Translations under genes and position numbers: made by a program
Source of the DNA: a plasmid
Sequence record: NZ_CP120951.1
Reading direction: 5' to 3' (one strand)
DNA: 64,000 nucleotides
Part shown: positions 10,601-20,096 of the stretch, one piece after another
Layout of the letters: every line of letters begins with the position of its first letter
Position numbering within the stretch: the first letter of the stretch is position 1
The notes under the pieces: generated by a model
Seen by the model: the letters and a program-made list of their open reading frames with translations, nothing else
Databases searched by the model: none
Told to the model about the DNA's origin: nothing

Positions 10601-12287
10601 CAGGCTGATCCTCGATCGCCGCTTCGCTGGATGCCGGCGTAGACGCAGGAGTTACTTGCGCGGCCGGCTCCGTGCCCGGCTCAGGTGCCGGCACCGCCAA
10701 TCCGAACTCGGTGCGGATCTTCTCGAATGCGGCGGCCGCCTGTGCCGGCATCGGCTCGGCGGCAAAACCCTGCCTCGTGCGAATCATCTCGCCCACCGCG
10801 CGATCGCCCGCGCCGGCCGAACCGGTGCGCCGCCAGGCGTCGTGATACACCGCCTCGACCTTCGTATCCAGCGCGATCGTGCGCGTGACTTCGTCACCGC
10901 GCACGTTCGTTGAGGCGGCGATGGACTGCAGCGCGGCCCGAAATGCTCGGCCCAGTTGCTCATCTCGCGGCGGCTGCGGCTGATTTGGCTGAACCCGTTG
11001 CGCCGGCGCCGTTGATGCTGGTTCGGCGGTCACGCTCGGTTCGCTGGCCTGCGGCACCGCTACTGCCGACGTCACCGGTGCCTGGTTTGGCTCGCCGGCG
11101 GGAACGGTCACATCTGCGCGTGGCCACCGATCAAATGCCGCAAGGTCAACATCGCGCGGCACATACCACTGCTTGCGCGCGCGATCCCACTTCGCACCCA
11201 ATGCATTCGCATCTTCACGTTCCTTGTAAGGGACGACAAGGTACGTGCGACCATCCGGCACGCGCGACGCCGCGGCCCCGGCCGGCTCGAACGGGGAGGG
11301 GCGCACCGACAGATCCGGCGCTGCCGGCATCGCAATCGACAGCGTCGTCAGCAGCGCCTCGACCTGCTCGCGCACCGCGTCGCGCCCGCGCGAGGCTGCC
11401 AGATCGTTCCAGTCGGTACCGCCATCATCCGGCGCAAATGCCGGCAGCAGCACGTGGCCACCAACAACCTCAGCCGTCGCAAACGACGCGTCCTTACCGA
11501 CGTTCGGCTTGCCGGACGATTCTTTCAGATGGTCGTTATCGCCCGCGATCAGGATCGGCCGGTCGGGATATTTCTGGCGGAAAGCCTCCGCCACCGGCTG
11601 CAGGTTCCCGGCGTTCAGCGCGCAGACCACCGGCAGACCCGTAATCTCGTACAGGCTTGCCGACGTCGCGTACCCTTCGGCAATCACGATCGGCTTCTGC
11701 GGATCGTCCGCTCCCACTGGACTGAAGCACGCGAGCGTGCGGCCGTCCTTGGTAAAAAGCTTGTTGCCATCGGGACTGATGCGCTGCACGCTCCAGAGCC
11801 TGCCGTCGATATCGACAAGCGGCATCACGAGATTGCCATGCCGATCGTGCTTCAACCCATGATTGACCACGCCCTTGCGAGCCAGATACGCATGATCATC
11901 TGAGGCGATAGGCAATCTGCGCCATTCTTCCGCCACCCATGCCGCACGCTCGTCGTGCTTCGCCGCACGCTCGGCCGCACGGTCGCGCTGGCGTTGCGCG
12001 TCGGCCGATCGCTCTTCGGCCGTCAACGTAAACTTGGCTGCATCGCTCGGCCGCCAATTCAGCCCACCACCTTCGCGGTAGTTCTGGATAAACCCGCGCG
12101 GAGCGCCGTCGAGAAAGAGCCTGTACGAACCACTTTGCTTGCCGGGCTTGTCGCCCTCGACAGACACGCGATGAAACTCTCCGTCCGCCTCCGCCGGGCC
12201 ATTCAGGATCAAGCCGTGCTCGCGTGTGGCGGCCTCGAATTCGCGCAAGATGGCATCGCGCTTGTTACCTTGCCATTCGTTACTCAT
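7644..12287 (-). CDS. Giant 1547-aa multidomain 'polyvalent' conjugative protein. It has an N-terminal Toprim-type DNA primase (TraC-like), a DUF5710-like YLxVPYKEREDAxxLGAKWD motif, Ala/Pro-rich linkers, two tandem ~90-aa repeats and conserved C-terminal domains.
   Basis: A GGAGG RBS precedes the ATG at 12287. The N-terminal 320 aa carry Toprim primase motifs (IAEGYATSASL, AGDND). An internal tandem repeat is visible (PLD..TR...W..W...RDP...AL.VA..G). The start overlaps the virD4 stop by 8 nt. Confidence 0.8.
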   Translation of the reverse strand: MSNEWQGNKRDAILREFEAATREHGLILNGPAEADGEFHRVSVEGDKPGKQSGSYRLFLDGAPRGFIQNYREGGGLNWRPSDAAKFTLTAEERSADAQRQRDRAAERAAKHDERAAWVAEEWRRLPIASDDHAYLARKGVVNHGLKHDRHGNLVMPLVDIDGRLWSVQRISPDGNKLFTKDGRTLACFSPVGADDPQKPIVIAEGYATSASLYEITGLPVVCALNAGNLQPVAEAFRQKYPDRPILIAGDNDHLKESSGKPNVGKDASFATAEVVGGHVLLPAFAPDDGGTDWNDLAASRGRDAVREQVEALLTTLSIAMPAAPDLSVRPSPFEPAGAAASRVPDGRTYLVVPYKEREDANALGAKWDRARKQWYVPRDVDLAAFDRWPRADVTVPAGEPNQAPVTSAVAVPQASEPSVTAEPASTAPAQRVQPNQPQPPRDEQLGRAFRAALQSIAASTNVRGDEVTRTIALDTKVEAVYHDAWRRTGSAGAGDRAVGEMIRTRQGFAAEPMPAQAAAAFEKIRTEFGLAVPAPEPGTEPAAQVTPASTPASSEAAIEDQPAAPESTYVMPDWAAEQMQFWRNLSDSRGLTERIEREFAVGKTLREVERALGDDIVFVSAEERGVMLSNVRLSLGIPSRMSEEGAQEFIAWKQAYDARQAERQGVPNNVDSVREPSTGDAQNSDATMWDVADDTAAVIGSNTGPRQEHDEQAVSTVLVAPAIGQPIGQTRLDHVRREQAAADNDLPLSMEEPVHHNDIRVGTTELFDRLGIQHDPRLPLAMAVSDVQWRIRNALTGREAPLDSETRAQTVEWLKWLGENRDPGVRNSALRVALALGRHDDLFGDAAQPNPFESTNLASAYHMGRAREVLGAERATPDLAANRQRFEPMFEMLNVNGEPGRSLVDVLEQIQRRVEVGAERWPLDEIAREQLSAWVTWAHRTARDPAVLDAALLVAHTMGQYDNAKFVNDVPFRDAALLDAYWNGWESVKWTKDGGWTTDPASRGEQRPMPALSERPEPRWSGPDVTASNGLAVADSQRAPVQTVGDTQVAGDTVSPKPSANEPSAKNPANQPTKPVGERVAPADLERVRQVRSAEGDAARATLDEARVQQRSVADEAARKTEELTSRLKAKPFGTPAGAADAPQTRPARNREPNEIEIGEGVERKPILTSTGYDVPSSIAERYVVKDGQFWKPNVRDPGAPGNDVPHFEDKGVRLTSHANDRGTLADMIAIVQAKNFTSITLKGDPDFRRNGWLEAKLAGGIEVKGYKPSDSDHALLEAARREQARQRDALTIRKGDSPAPAVEKVAPSDSLAATPVAKAVNQRADAATTAPDAAPKTEAKPVDTMSGELLEHGSARYQHKPDASHSYFVRYRDEAGDERTVWGVDLKRAMNDSGAQVGDTVSLKNLGETPVVVQEPVRDAAGKVIRLESKEALRNAWEVTRLDPVEPDRTPAPMPQTVGQLREQFEKSLAGYPSRTREEMLNRFDTSLKVALEVERKVASGELKAGEAGGAIDAGFADLKKQWSAPAPKQAPAHAPGMKQAPKVGL

Positions 12288-14499
12288 GGTGATACGCCTC
12301 CGTCGTCGTCGGTGCGCCTGCCGGCGCGTGTTCCGTTACGTTGCCCTGCCGTCCTGAATCCGCTGCGTGACCCGCCGGAGCTTCGCTCGCGGTGGAATCC
12401 GGTCCGACCAACCCCATGCCGAGTGCAATGCCGGTGTTCCCTGCGATGGCATCCGCAAACATTCGCCGCAGATCGTCATCGATCGGCTCACCGATCGCGA
12501 ACAGACTGTCGAGCATCTGTTCGCGCACCTTCTGCAACGAAAACCCGGACGGCACCGCCTGGTCGAGCGCGAGCCGTTCCTTCGCGGTGATGGGCGATGC
12601 GCCCGCTTGGCGCGACGCGCGCACTGCCGCGGCGATCCGCGCCGAACGCTTGGCGTGGATCTCAGCGATCTTGATAATTTCGATGCCCTGGTAGCGCAGC
12701 TGCCCCGATACCCGAGCCTCGGTCAACTCGGCCTCGGTCGGCAGCTTCTTGTCACCCACTTCGCCCAGCAACGAACACACCGAGCGCAGACGGTCGATGA
12801 ACAGACGGTCTTCGTAATAGAACGCCTTCTCACAATGAATCGGCAGCCCCACACCGAGAATCATTTCCTCGGACTGCGGCATGATTTCAAGCTCCTGGGC
12901 GTACATCAGGTTGCGCTTCTGGTCCGATGTGTTCTCGCCCGATGAGGAGCTGCGCCCACGCGTTCGGCTCGTCGACTTCGCTTTCTCGGTCAGGTAGCCA
13001 AGCGTCTCGGACATTTCCTTAGAATCATGCGTATCGCGAGGCGGGTAGATAACTTTCAGCGCATGGTTGGTCACCAGCGTCCGCATCCCATGTACACCGT
13101 ATGCGTCAGGCGCTTCGCCCTGTGACTTCGATTGCAGGATCGTCAGCAGACGGATGCTGTAGCCCGCGATGAAGGCGTTCGCCTTGTCGAGTATCTCGAT
13201 CTTGCCGACCGCCGGGGCCTCGTCGAGAATGCCCAGACACTGATACTTCAGCTCCGGGTTCGCTTCTGGCAATTCGTCGAGGTTGTCCTCGATCCACTGC
13301 GTGAAAAACAAGTTGGCGAGCAGACCAGCGATCGACAACTTCGCGGCCGGCAGCACCAGGTAAATCGACATCGGCACGCGTCGCACGTCGGCAACATCAA
13401 AATCGCATCGGCTCGTCGCCGCATCAACGATCGGGTTCGCGAACAGTGTCAGGCCCGCCATGAAGGTCTTCGAGATATTGCCCATCGTCTCGTCCGGGGC
13501 CGATAACAGGCGCGCAAGCGCACCCAGGCAATCCCCCGACAGCGGCTCGCCATCTCGATCGCGCTCCATCATGTCGATCACGTGCGCGCGCAGCGTCACG
13601 TCCGGGCGAATCGGTACCGCTTCGCGCAAGACCTCGCCGAACGTCCAGGCTTCCTCTTTCTTGGTCTCCATCAGGTACAGTGCGACGCCCAAAAACAGAT
13701 CAGCCGCGCTGTCGTAGAAGAATTTGTTGCGTGCATCTGGCGAGTGGTACAGACGCGCCGCGATCATCTGCAGGCGGCCGATTCGGATATGCGGAGGAAG
13801 TTTCGCAATCTTCACAAGCGGGTTCCACGCGTGCGTAAAACCGCTCTCATCGAACGGCGCCCACCGATAAACAGCCTGTCCGCAGTTCTTGCGATACTGG
13901 GACGTCACGTCGTAGTTCTCGCCCTTGATGTCGAGCACGATGATCGAGTCCGGATAGGTGAGCAAATTCGGGATCACAACGGCAACGCCCTTACCACTGC
14001 GCGTCGGTGCCGCCAGCATCACGAACTGCTGACCGATGAACGTCAGATAACGCGGGCTGTAGTCTGGTCTACCCGGTTTGCCGCTCGGCAGCCGGCCGAC
14101 GATAATCGACGGATAGTGGCGACGCCCCTTTTTGACCCGCCCCTCGGCTTCGTCCAGCAGCCCAGCCTTGCGAATCTCATTGCGCTTGGCAAAACGTGCA
14201 CTACCGTGCAGTTCCCGCTTGGGTCGCTTGATCGCGAACGACAGAGCCACGACGACAAGCGGCAGCAACGGAACGAGCGCAGCCACAAACGATGCAGGCA
14301 AAAGTGCAAGCCGCACCTTGCCGATGTGCCCGTAAGCCTCCCAGTAATCGAGCAAAGTCCACACGCCGACGATCGACGCCGGCAGATCCTGCAGTTGCAC
14401 AAACAGCTTCGCGCCGGCGTACTGACCGGCAACAACGAGGGCGGCTAACATGGCCAAGCCGCCGAACACTACGAGCAACCAGCCGACGAGGGATTTCAT
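12280..14499 (-). CDS. virD4: Type IV coupling protein (VirD4/TraG family).
   Basis: 739 aa. There are N-terminal TM helices, a Walker A (PTRSGKGV) and TraG/VirD4 conserved blocks. A GGGAG RBS precedes the ATG at 14499. Confidence 0.9.
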   Translation of the reverse strand: MKSLVGWLLVVFGGLAMLAALVVAGQYAGAKLFVQLQDLPASIVGVWTLLDYWEAYGHIGKVRLALLPASFVAALVPLLPLVVVALSFAIKRPKRELHGSARFAKRNEIRKAGLLDEAEGRVKKGRRHYPSIIVGRLPSGKPGRPDYSPRYLTFIGQQFVMLAAPTRSGKGVAVVIPNLLTYPDSIIVLDIKGENYDVTSQYRKNCGQAVYRWAPFDESGFTHAWNPLVKIAKLPPHIRIGRLQMIAARLYHSPDARNKFFYDSAADLFLGVALYLMETKKEEAWTFGEVLREAVPIRPDVTLRAHVIDMMERDRDGEPLSGDCLGALARLLSAPDETMGNISKTFMAGLTLFANPIVDAATSRCDFDVADVRRVPMSIYLVLPAAKLSIAGLLANLFFTQWIEDNLDELPEANPELKYQCLGILDEAPAVGKIEILDKANAFIAGYSIRLLTILQSKSQGEAPDAYGVHGMRTLVTNHALKVIYPPRDTHDSKEMSETLGYLTEKAKSTSRTRGRSSSSGENTSDQKRNLMYAQELEIMPQSEEMILGVGLPIHCEKAFYYEDRLFIDRLRSVCSLLGEVGDKKLPTEAELTEARVSGQLRYQGIEIIKIAEIHAKRSARIAAAVRASRQAGASPITAKERLALDQAVPSGFSLQKVREQMLDSLFAIGEPIDDDLRRMFADAIAGNTGIALGMGLVGPDSTASEAPAGHAADSGRQGNVTEHAPAGAPTTTEAYHHE

Positions 14500-14575
14500 A
14501 CGAAGCTCCCTGCCAGGCTCTGGCAACGCACACCAACATCACCCACGATTCGCAACCTCACGTGCGCTCCGCTCA

Positions 14576-15226
14576 TCAGGATTCTCCCCGCGCGCGATAC
14601 GGCGTGCCCTGTACCCACCGGCTTTGCCAGTGGGCGGTATAGGCCTGCGCGATTGCCGGGCAATTCCACAGCACCAGCACGTCCTCGCTGTTCTTGCGAG
14701 CGGCAGCCGCGCTGAAGTTGAAACTGCCGGTCTGTACTGTTTCACCGTCGACCGTGACGGTCTTGTCGTGATGAATCGCGAATGCGTCGATCGTCCGCAC
14801 CGGAATGCCGACGCGCAGCAGCATGCTTAGCGCAACAGCACTGGCGCCGCGCGCGGGGCCAGACAGGTTTTCGCGCGCATCGACAGCCACCGCGACATCC
14901 ACGCCGCGCGCCTTCGCCTGGGCCAGTGCCCGCGCAACCTCACGAGAGGTAAACACGTATGCCGACACGCGAATGGTTCGCTTCGCACTCGCGATCGTTT
15001 TCAGCACCAGTGCCGCACCGGTTCCTTCCGGCGAGAACCCGGCCTCGGCCACGCAAGTCCCAGTGGGCTGCGGACTACGCGTGTTGGCCAGCGCGAAAAA
15101 GTGCGAAACAGAGTTCGACACCGCGCTCAACAACCCCGTCGATTCAAGGCTAACGACGTGCGCAGACGCCGGCAGGCCATTGAGCAACAGCACGGCGGCC
15201 GCACCGGTCACGATTGCGCCTTTCAT
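14576..15226 (-). CDS. nuc: Secreted phospholipase-D-family endonuclease, Nuc-like as in pKM101.
   Basis: It has a signal peptide, an HxK PLD motif (AIHHDKTVTVDG) and NFS. A GGAGGA RBS is present. The start overlaps the upstream stop. Confidence 0.75.
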   Translation of the reverse strand: MKGAIVTGAAAVLLLNGLPASAHVVSLESTGLLSAVSNSVSHFFALANTRSPQPTGTCVAEAGFSPEGTGAALVLKTIASAKRTIRVSAYVFTSREVARALAQAKARGVDVAVAVDARENLSGPARGASAVALSMLLRVGIPVRTIDAFAIHHDKTVTVDGETVQTGSFNFSAAAARKNSEDVLVLWNCPAIAQAYTAHWQSRWVQGTPYRARGES

Positions 15227-15633
15227 GAGCGATCCTCCGCGGGTTCCGCCGCCTGCATCGTCTTCAGACGCTCGGCACCTCCAGCCGCGCACACGGCGTC
15301 GAGCGAGCGCTCGACGTCGAACAGGAACCGATCATCGAGCGGCCCATCGCGGAAATCCGCCACTGCGGGAATCACCGGGAACGCAACACACACCCCGGCT
15401 GGCGATCGTTCAACCGTCGCCCGATCGATCAGGTAGAAGTAGCGGCGCAGAAACAGCCCCGGCAGCTCGCCCGCCAACACCAGATCCTCCTGGATCGCGT
15501 CGAGTCGAGCTTTCGCCTGCCGCAGCGTATCGAGCGTGACGCCGGGCGAGCGACGCGCCAAACGACGTTGAGCCGCTATCACTTCGGCTAGCGCCGCTTC
15601 TTCGTTATGCCGAAGTCGAGAGATATTCGGCAT
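15223..15633 (-). CDS. Hypothetical protein.
   Basis: A GGGAGA RBS precedes the ATG at 15633, with an ATGA overlap to the upstream gene. Confidence 0.45.
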   Translation of the reverse strand: MPNISRLRHNEEAALAEVIAAQRRLARRSPGVTLDTLRQAKARLDAIQEDLVLAGELPGLFLRRYFYLIDRATVERSPAGVCVAFPVIPAVADFRDGPLDDRFLFDVERSLDAVCAAGGAERLKTMQAAEPAEDRS

Positions 15634-16295
15634 CACGCGTCTCCCATTCCATGCAACACCTCGTTTCCACGACGCAGAAAGACCCCGCCGTGCGGTAGGC
15701 GGATCAAACGGCCATTCGCCACCGGCAGCTCGCACGAGAGAGCGCCGAGCGTCACGATCTGAGCGGCGATCCTCACCCGGTCAATCCAGGCATCGCGATA
15801 TGGGTCAGGGTCGGGAGACGCCTCATTGATGCGTCCCATCAAGTAGGCGATCGTCGCTGCCATCATCACGAGGCTGATACCGGTGGCCGCAGTACTCAGT
15901 GTCCTGGCGGTGTCGGCCGGCTGCGCGGCCGCCAGCTGCAGCCATCGGGCGACTTCCGTCGACGAACACAGCGCAGCAAACACGACGAGACCGGACACCG
16001 TTGCGAATCCGACGGCCAGGAAGCGAACCAGCTCGCTCATCACGTTGAGCACGGTGGACAGCCCTTCACCGACGCGACCGAGATGCCAGTAGCGCAACCG
16101 TTTGTCGTCCTGCAGCAGGTGCTCGATACGCCGAATCATCTGTTCGGTGACATGCCCCGCACGCACACCGTTCATGTAGACGGCCCACTGCGTTTCGTCG
16201 GTCACGTTGAACGATGCGCGCCATGCATCGCGGGCGGCCTGTCGTGACTGGTTCTGCTGCAGACCGGACCACCATTTCAGAATGTTCTTCCTCAT
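15633..16295 (-). CDS. Hypothetical integral membrane protein.
   Basis: 220 aa with several hydrophobic helices in the C-terminal half. A GGAGG RBS is present. Confidence 0.5.
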   Translation of the reverse strand: MRKNILKWWSGLQQNQSRQAARDAWRASFNVTDETQWAVYMNGVRAGHVTEQMIRRIEHLLQDDKRLRYWHLGRVGEGLSTVLNVMSELVRFLAVGFATVSGLVVFAALCSSTEVARWLQLAAAQPADTARTLSTAATGISLVMMAATIAYLMGRINEASPDPDPYRDAWIDRVRIAAQIVTLGALSCELPVANGRLIRLPHGGVFLRRGNEVLHGMGDA

Positions 16296-16816
16296 TACGC
16301 ACCTCCAGCTTCACGAGACATCTCACCTGGTTCGCTGAACGCCGCGAGATCTCTCGCGCTCGCTTCTTGCGCGATCCAAGTGCGTACCGCCTGGCGATGC
16401 TCGGCAATGAGACGTAGATCGCGCCGCACCAGCGGTCGGCCAAGCGCTGCGACTTGCTGGCGGTATTGCTCAACCGATTCGGCATCCAATGCGTCGCGCG
16501 CAAACACATCTCTCAGAACCGGCAGGTCGTCGGCCGCCATCGGCGACCACGCGGTGTTGGTGGACCACGGAGAGGCATCGCTCAGAATCGGTATCGCGAA
16601 TACCACCAGCAGAAACATGACAAACCCACCGAGCACGCTCGACGTCTGGCCCCAGAGGACGCGACTTAGCACGCAAAGTTCGATCGCAGCGACCACGCCG
16701 CATGCACTGAACCACCACCTCAGTGCGCGGCGGCGTTCCGCATCGAGCTCGGCCTGCGTCGGCGGCGCACACAGCACGGGATGCAAATTCGTCCACTTGA
16801 TTTCTTGTTCGCTCAT
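16295..16816 (-). CDS. Hypothetical membrane protein.
   Basis: The ATG at 16816 overlaps the virB11 stop (ATGA). The longer 258-aa version in the ORF track would run into virB11 and is rejected. Confidence 0.45.
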   Translation of the reverse strand: MSEQEIKWTNLHPVLCAPPTQAELDAERRRALRWWFSACGVVAAIELCVLSRVLWGQTSSVLGGFVMFLLVVFAIPILSDASPWSTNTAWSPMAADDLPVLRDVFARDALDAESVEQYRQQVAALGRPLVRRDLRLIAEHRQAVRTWIAQEASARDLAAFSEPGEMSREAGGA

Positions 16817-17952
16817 GCCAGACCTCGCAGTAATTTCCACTTGCCGACCGGATCGAAATACACTTCCTTCAGGCACTTGTTCTCCATGAACAGCACTACG
16901 TCGATCGTGCTCTTGACCTCGCGCAGGATGAATTCCCACGTCAGCGTCTGGCCGACCGGGCTTTGCTTCACCAGCGTCGCGATCCGTGCCAACGCCGAAA
17001 TTGCGTCGTTCGCATGCACGGTCGTGATACCACCCTGGTGCCCGGTGTTGAGCAGCACGAGGTAGTCCCACGTTTCATCGCCGCGCAACTCGGCCAGGTA
17101 CACGCGGTCGAATTTCATCCGCAGCGTCGCCTTCACGATCCGGCGCGCAGGCAGCGATTCGCTGAAGAACAGGTGCACGTGATTCGGCTGATTCGGCAAC
17201 GGCACTTCGTGCGTGTCTTCGATCGTCGCGACCCGCGTCGTGGACGGCACGATGTCGGCCAGCGCTTTCATCAGGGTGGTTTTGCCCGAGCCGACGCCAC
17301 CCACCAGCACGACGTTCATCCGGTGCAGCATCGCCAGCGTCAAGAATTGACCCATATCGCGCTGCGCGAGCGCGTCAAGCATGTCCAGCTCGAACCGCTG
17401 CAGCACAACGGCCGCCGGCGCCGCGAGTTGACGCCTCGAATCGACCACGTCCGACGAACTGTTCATGCTCAAATCGCCAAACGACGGCGCGTTCGGATTC
17501 GCCGACAGGAACGATGCGTCCTGTGTCCCGACGATCCGGAAGTCGTTCAGGAAATTTCCACGCGTCAGATCGCCCACCGACAAACGCGTGGCGCTCGGGA
17601 TCCGGATCGTCATCGATACCGTGTTCGGCTCGCACGCGGGCGGGATCACAATCTGGCCGCGCTCACCGTTCGGCAATCGCACCGGCTTTTCCGGATCGTC
17701 GACCGACAGCGGTGGCGTTACCTTGTTGTAGATCGCAAGCGCATTGGCGAGCTTCATCAGCGCGTCGAGCGACGCCCCCGGTAATTCGTGCTGTTGCCAA
17801 CCGTTGCGCGTCTCAGTCCAGCCTTCACCCGGCCGGTTGATCGCGATCTCGGTGTTGCCCGTCAGTGCCCGTAGTTCGGCGATGCCCGCCGACTCCATCA
17901 GATTGCGGACCGTGACGCTGCTGTCGTAGGGCTCAACGCTTGACAAGTTCAT
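16813..17952 (-). CDS. virB11: VirB11-family type IV secretion ATPase.
   Basis: Walker A (GGVGSGKTT) and the VirB11/TrbB signature are present. The start is refined to the ATG at 17952, which has a GGGAG RBS. The track start at 17985 is non-ATG. Confidence 0.9.
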   Translation of the reverse strand: MNLSSVEPYDSSVTVRNLMESAGIAELRALTGNTEIAINRPGEGWTETRNGWQQHELPGASLDALMKLANALAIYNKVTPPLSVDDPEKPVRLPNGERGQIVIPPACEPNTVSMTIRIPSATRLSVGDLTRGNFLNDFRIVGTQDASFLSANPNAPSFGDLSMNSSSDVVDSRRQLAAPAAVVLQRFELDMLDALAQRDMGQFLTLAMLHRMNVVLVGGVGSGKTTLMKALADIVPSTTRVATIEDTHEVPLPNQPNHVHLFFSESLPARRIVKATLRMKFDRVYLAELRGDETWDYLVLLNTGHQGGITTVHANDAISALARIATLVKQSPVGQTLTWEFILREVKSTIDVVLFMENKCLKEVYFDPVGKWKLLRGLA

Positions 17953-19240
17953 AGACGCTCCCGAAATCGACGTCGCGCGCGACAAAGATGTTCACTGTCG
18001 ACCCGTGGCGCGACGTTGCGGTCGGTGGAATGTTGATCGTGTTTTTCAGCGTGTCGGCCGCCAGCTGCTGGCTCTGCGACGTCGTGTTCGAGAACTGGAT
18101 CCGATTACCGTTGCCGCTCTGGGCCAGATTCGACAGCGCCTGGCCAACGTCGCCGATCACCGACAACATCAGTGCGCCCCGGAAACGCAGCCAGAAGTGC
18201 GTATCGACGTCCGCATCAATGCCTGTCGCACCGAGCGCGTTCGTCGCCGGCGAATCGAGATCGACCGTCACACCCGATGGCGTATCGATGCGGGTCCACA
18301 CCACGAAAATGCTTCCCTGGCCCTCCAGCATCGCCTTGCGCTGCTCGCCGGTCGCTTCGCTACCGCGCTCGAGCAGCAGCGTCTTCCCATCGGCCGAATA
18401 AACGTCTTCTGACACGTGGCAGGTGGCGATTCCAGGATGTGTGGACACGATCTCGGTGAACTGCCCGCACGGGATCATTGAGCCTCGCTTGAGCAGCAAA
18501 CTGAGGTTCGGCAGGAAACTGGCCTTGACCGGCGCGAGACGCGAGGGCGCGAGGCTGTCATCCAGGCCATCACGCGCGTACTGGCGCACAGGAGCGTTCG
18601 CGGCTGAAGCGGCGGCCGATGCCTGCGTCAATGCAGCGAGCCCATCATCCGACTTGCCGAATTTCACGAGCACGTCGCCCGACAGGCGGGGGTCACCTGG
18701 CGCAGATGCAGCGACCGGGCCGCCGGTTGACGTTGTGGCCGTCGTCGTGCCGGTTGTTGCCGTCGCGCCATTGCCAGCGTTCTGTGTCCCGCGTGCACCT
18801 GACGGCTCGGGCAATGCCGCGGCCGCGGCTGACGCCGCCTCTGCCGCGCTAGCCGCTTGCGCCGCTTCGACGTGATTCTTGTTGCCTTGAAAATCAGGAT
18901 CGGCCACAACTGTCTGAACCGGGGCATCGCGCTTGGAACGCTTGTGTTCTAGATACGCGTCACCAAAGCGCTTCGCAAAAATCGCGACGCTAACCGCGAT
19001 CACGATCACGATCACAACGATCACGAAGATGATCCCGACGCCGCGCACGCTCGTGTTTCGCTTGCCTCGTGCCAGCCCCGGAATGCCGCGTGGGTCCATA
19101 CCGGCCGGCGGCACGACTTCTGGCTCCGGCCTCTTCCGGGTGCTGGCCGTCTCCGGCGCCGATGACGTGCTCACGTCGCTCATCGCATTGACATCCGGGT
19201 CCATGCCAGAGTCTTCGTGCGCGTCAACCATGATTGCCAT
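17933..19240 (-). CDS. virB10: VirB10 (TrbI-family) core-complex protein.
   Basis: It has an N-terminal TM segment, a Pro/Ala-rich linker and a conserved C-terminal beta-barrel domain. An alternative start lies at 19231. Confidence 0.85.
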   Translation of the reverse strand: MAIMVDAHEDSGMDPDVNAMSDVSTSSAPETASTRKRPEPEVVPPAGMDPRGIPGLARGKRNTSVRGVGIIFVIVVIVIVIAVSVAIFAKRFGDAYLEHKRSKRDAPVQTVVADPDFQGNKNHVEAAQAASAAEAASAAAAALPEPSGARGTQNAGNGATATTGTTTATTSTGGPVAASAPGDPRLSGDVLVKFGKSDDGLAALTQASAAASAANAPVRQYARDGLDDSLAPSRLAPVKASFLPNLSLLLKRGSMIPCGQFTEIVSTHPGIATCHVSEDVYSADGKTLLLERGSEATGEQRKAMLEGQGSIFVVWTRIDTPSGVTVDLDSPATNALGATGIDADVDTHFWLRFRGALMLSVIGDVGQALSNLAQSGNGNRIQFSNTTSQSQQLAADTLKNTINIPPTATSRHGSTVNIFVARDVDFGSVYELVKR

Positions 19241-20096
19241 CCTTCGTAATACGCACCCAGCCGGGCACCGTCGTGCCTGTCCGGTTGAACGACCCATCAG
19301 GCGAATACGCGTTGTTGCGGACAGCCATCACCGTCTTGCCCAGACGCAGCACGAACCCGGTCGCCATACCCTCGATCACGATCGTGTCGCCATCAACATG
19401 CCGCTTGGGTGCCGCTTCCGTGCCGTCTGCCTGGATCTCGTAGATCTCCGGCACCCTGCGCGACGTGTCGTACTGGAAATACGTAAATCGGCCGTCGTCC
19501 CAAACCGCTGTTGGCGCGATGGCCACATCGCCCTTCATGTCGTAATCGTCGTTGCGCCGTTCGGATGTGTCCGCACCCGCCTGCTCGATCGCCAGCGCCT
19601 TATCGGCCTTTGCCTTCGCGGCCTGCTCCGCCTTCGCGCGCGTGTCCGGGTAATCGAATGACAACGACCAGATCGCCGCCTCGTTGCGGGCAGCGGCATC
19701 GAACTGGAATACGTAGCGCCGCTTGTTGGTTACGATCAGCACGTTCGTGTTCGGCTTCTTCTTGCTCGGCTTGAACATGAACCAATTCGCCTTACCGCCA
19801 ACCGACCACCCCTCCGATTCCCCGGAACCGAGCCCTCCGCTCTTGTCGTCGACGATCTCGTCCGCCTCGAACTGGACCACAAAGGCCTCACCAATCCGGT
19901 AAGGAATCCGGTACGCGGTCGTCGCGTCGTACTCGGCGCAGCGCACGTGTTCGTCCGATGCACAAGGGCCCGGCGTGATGGCGGACCAGGCCGACGAGCT
20001 CACGAATGCAGCCGCGAGCGTCGCCACCACAAGCAGGGGGCTGCGCGCCGACCGACATGCGGCATGTCTCCCGCCGAGAATTTGGCCGCTCATCAT
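19224..20096 (-). CDS. virB9: VirB9 outer-membrane core protein.
   Basis: It has a signal peptide. There is an ATGATGA start/stop overlap with virB8. A GGGAGG RBS is present. Confidence 0.85.
   Translation of the reverse strand: MMSGQILGGRHAACRSARSPLLVVATLAAAFVSSSAWSAITPGPCASDEHVRCAEYDATTAYRIPYRIGEAFVVQFEADEIVDDKSGGLGSGESEGWSVGGKANWFMFKPSKKKPNTNVLIVTNKRRYVFQFDAAARNEAAIWSLSFDYPDTRAKAEQAAKAKADKALAIEQAGADTSERRNDDYDMKGDVAIAPTAVWDDGRFTYFQYDTSRRVPEIYEIQADGTEAAPKRHVDGDTIVIEGMATGFVLRLGKTVMAVRNNAYSPDGSFNRTGTTVPGWVRITKDGNHG

Noticed and set aside
16295-17071. 258-aa version of the ORF downstream of virB11.
   Set aside because: Its N-terminal third lies inside virB11 in another frame. The internal ATG at 16816, which overlaps the virB11 stop, is the plausible start.
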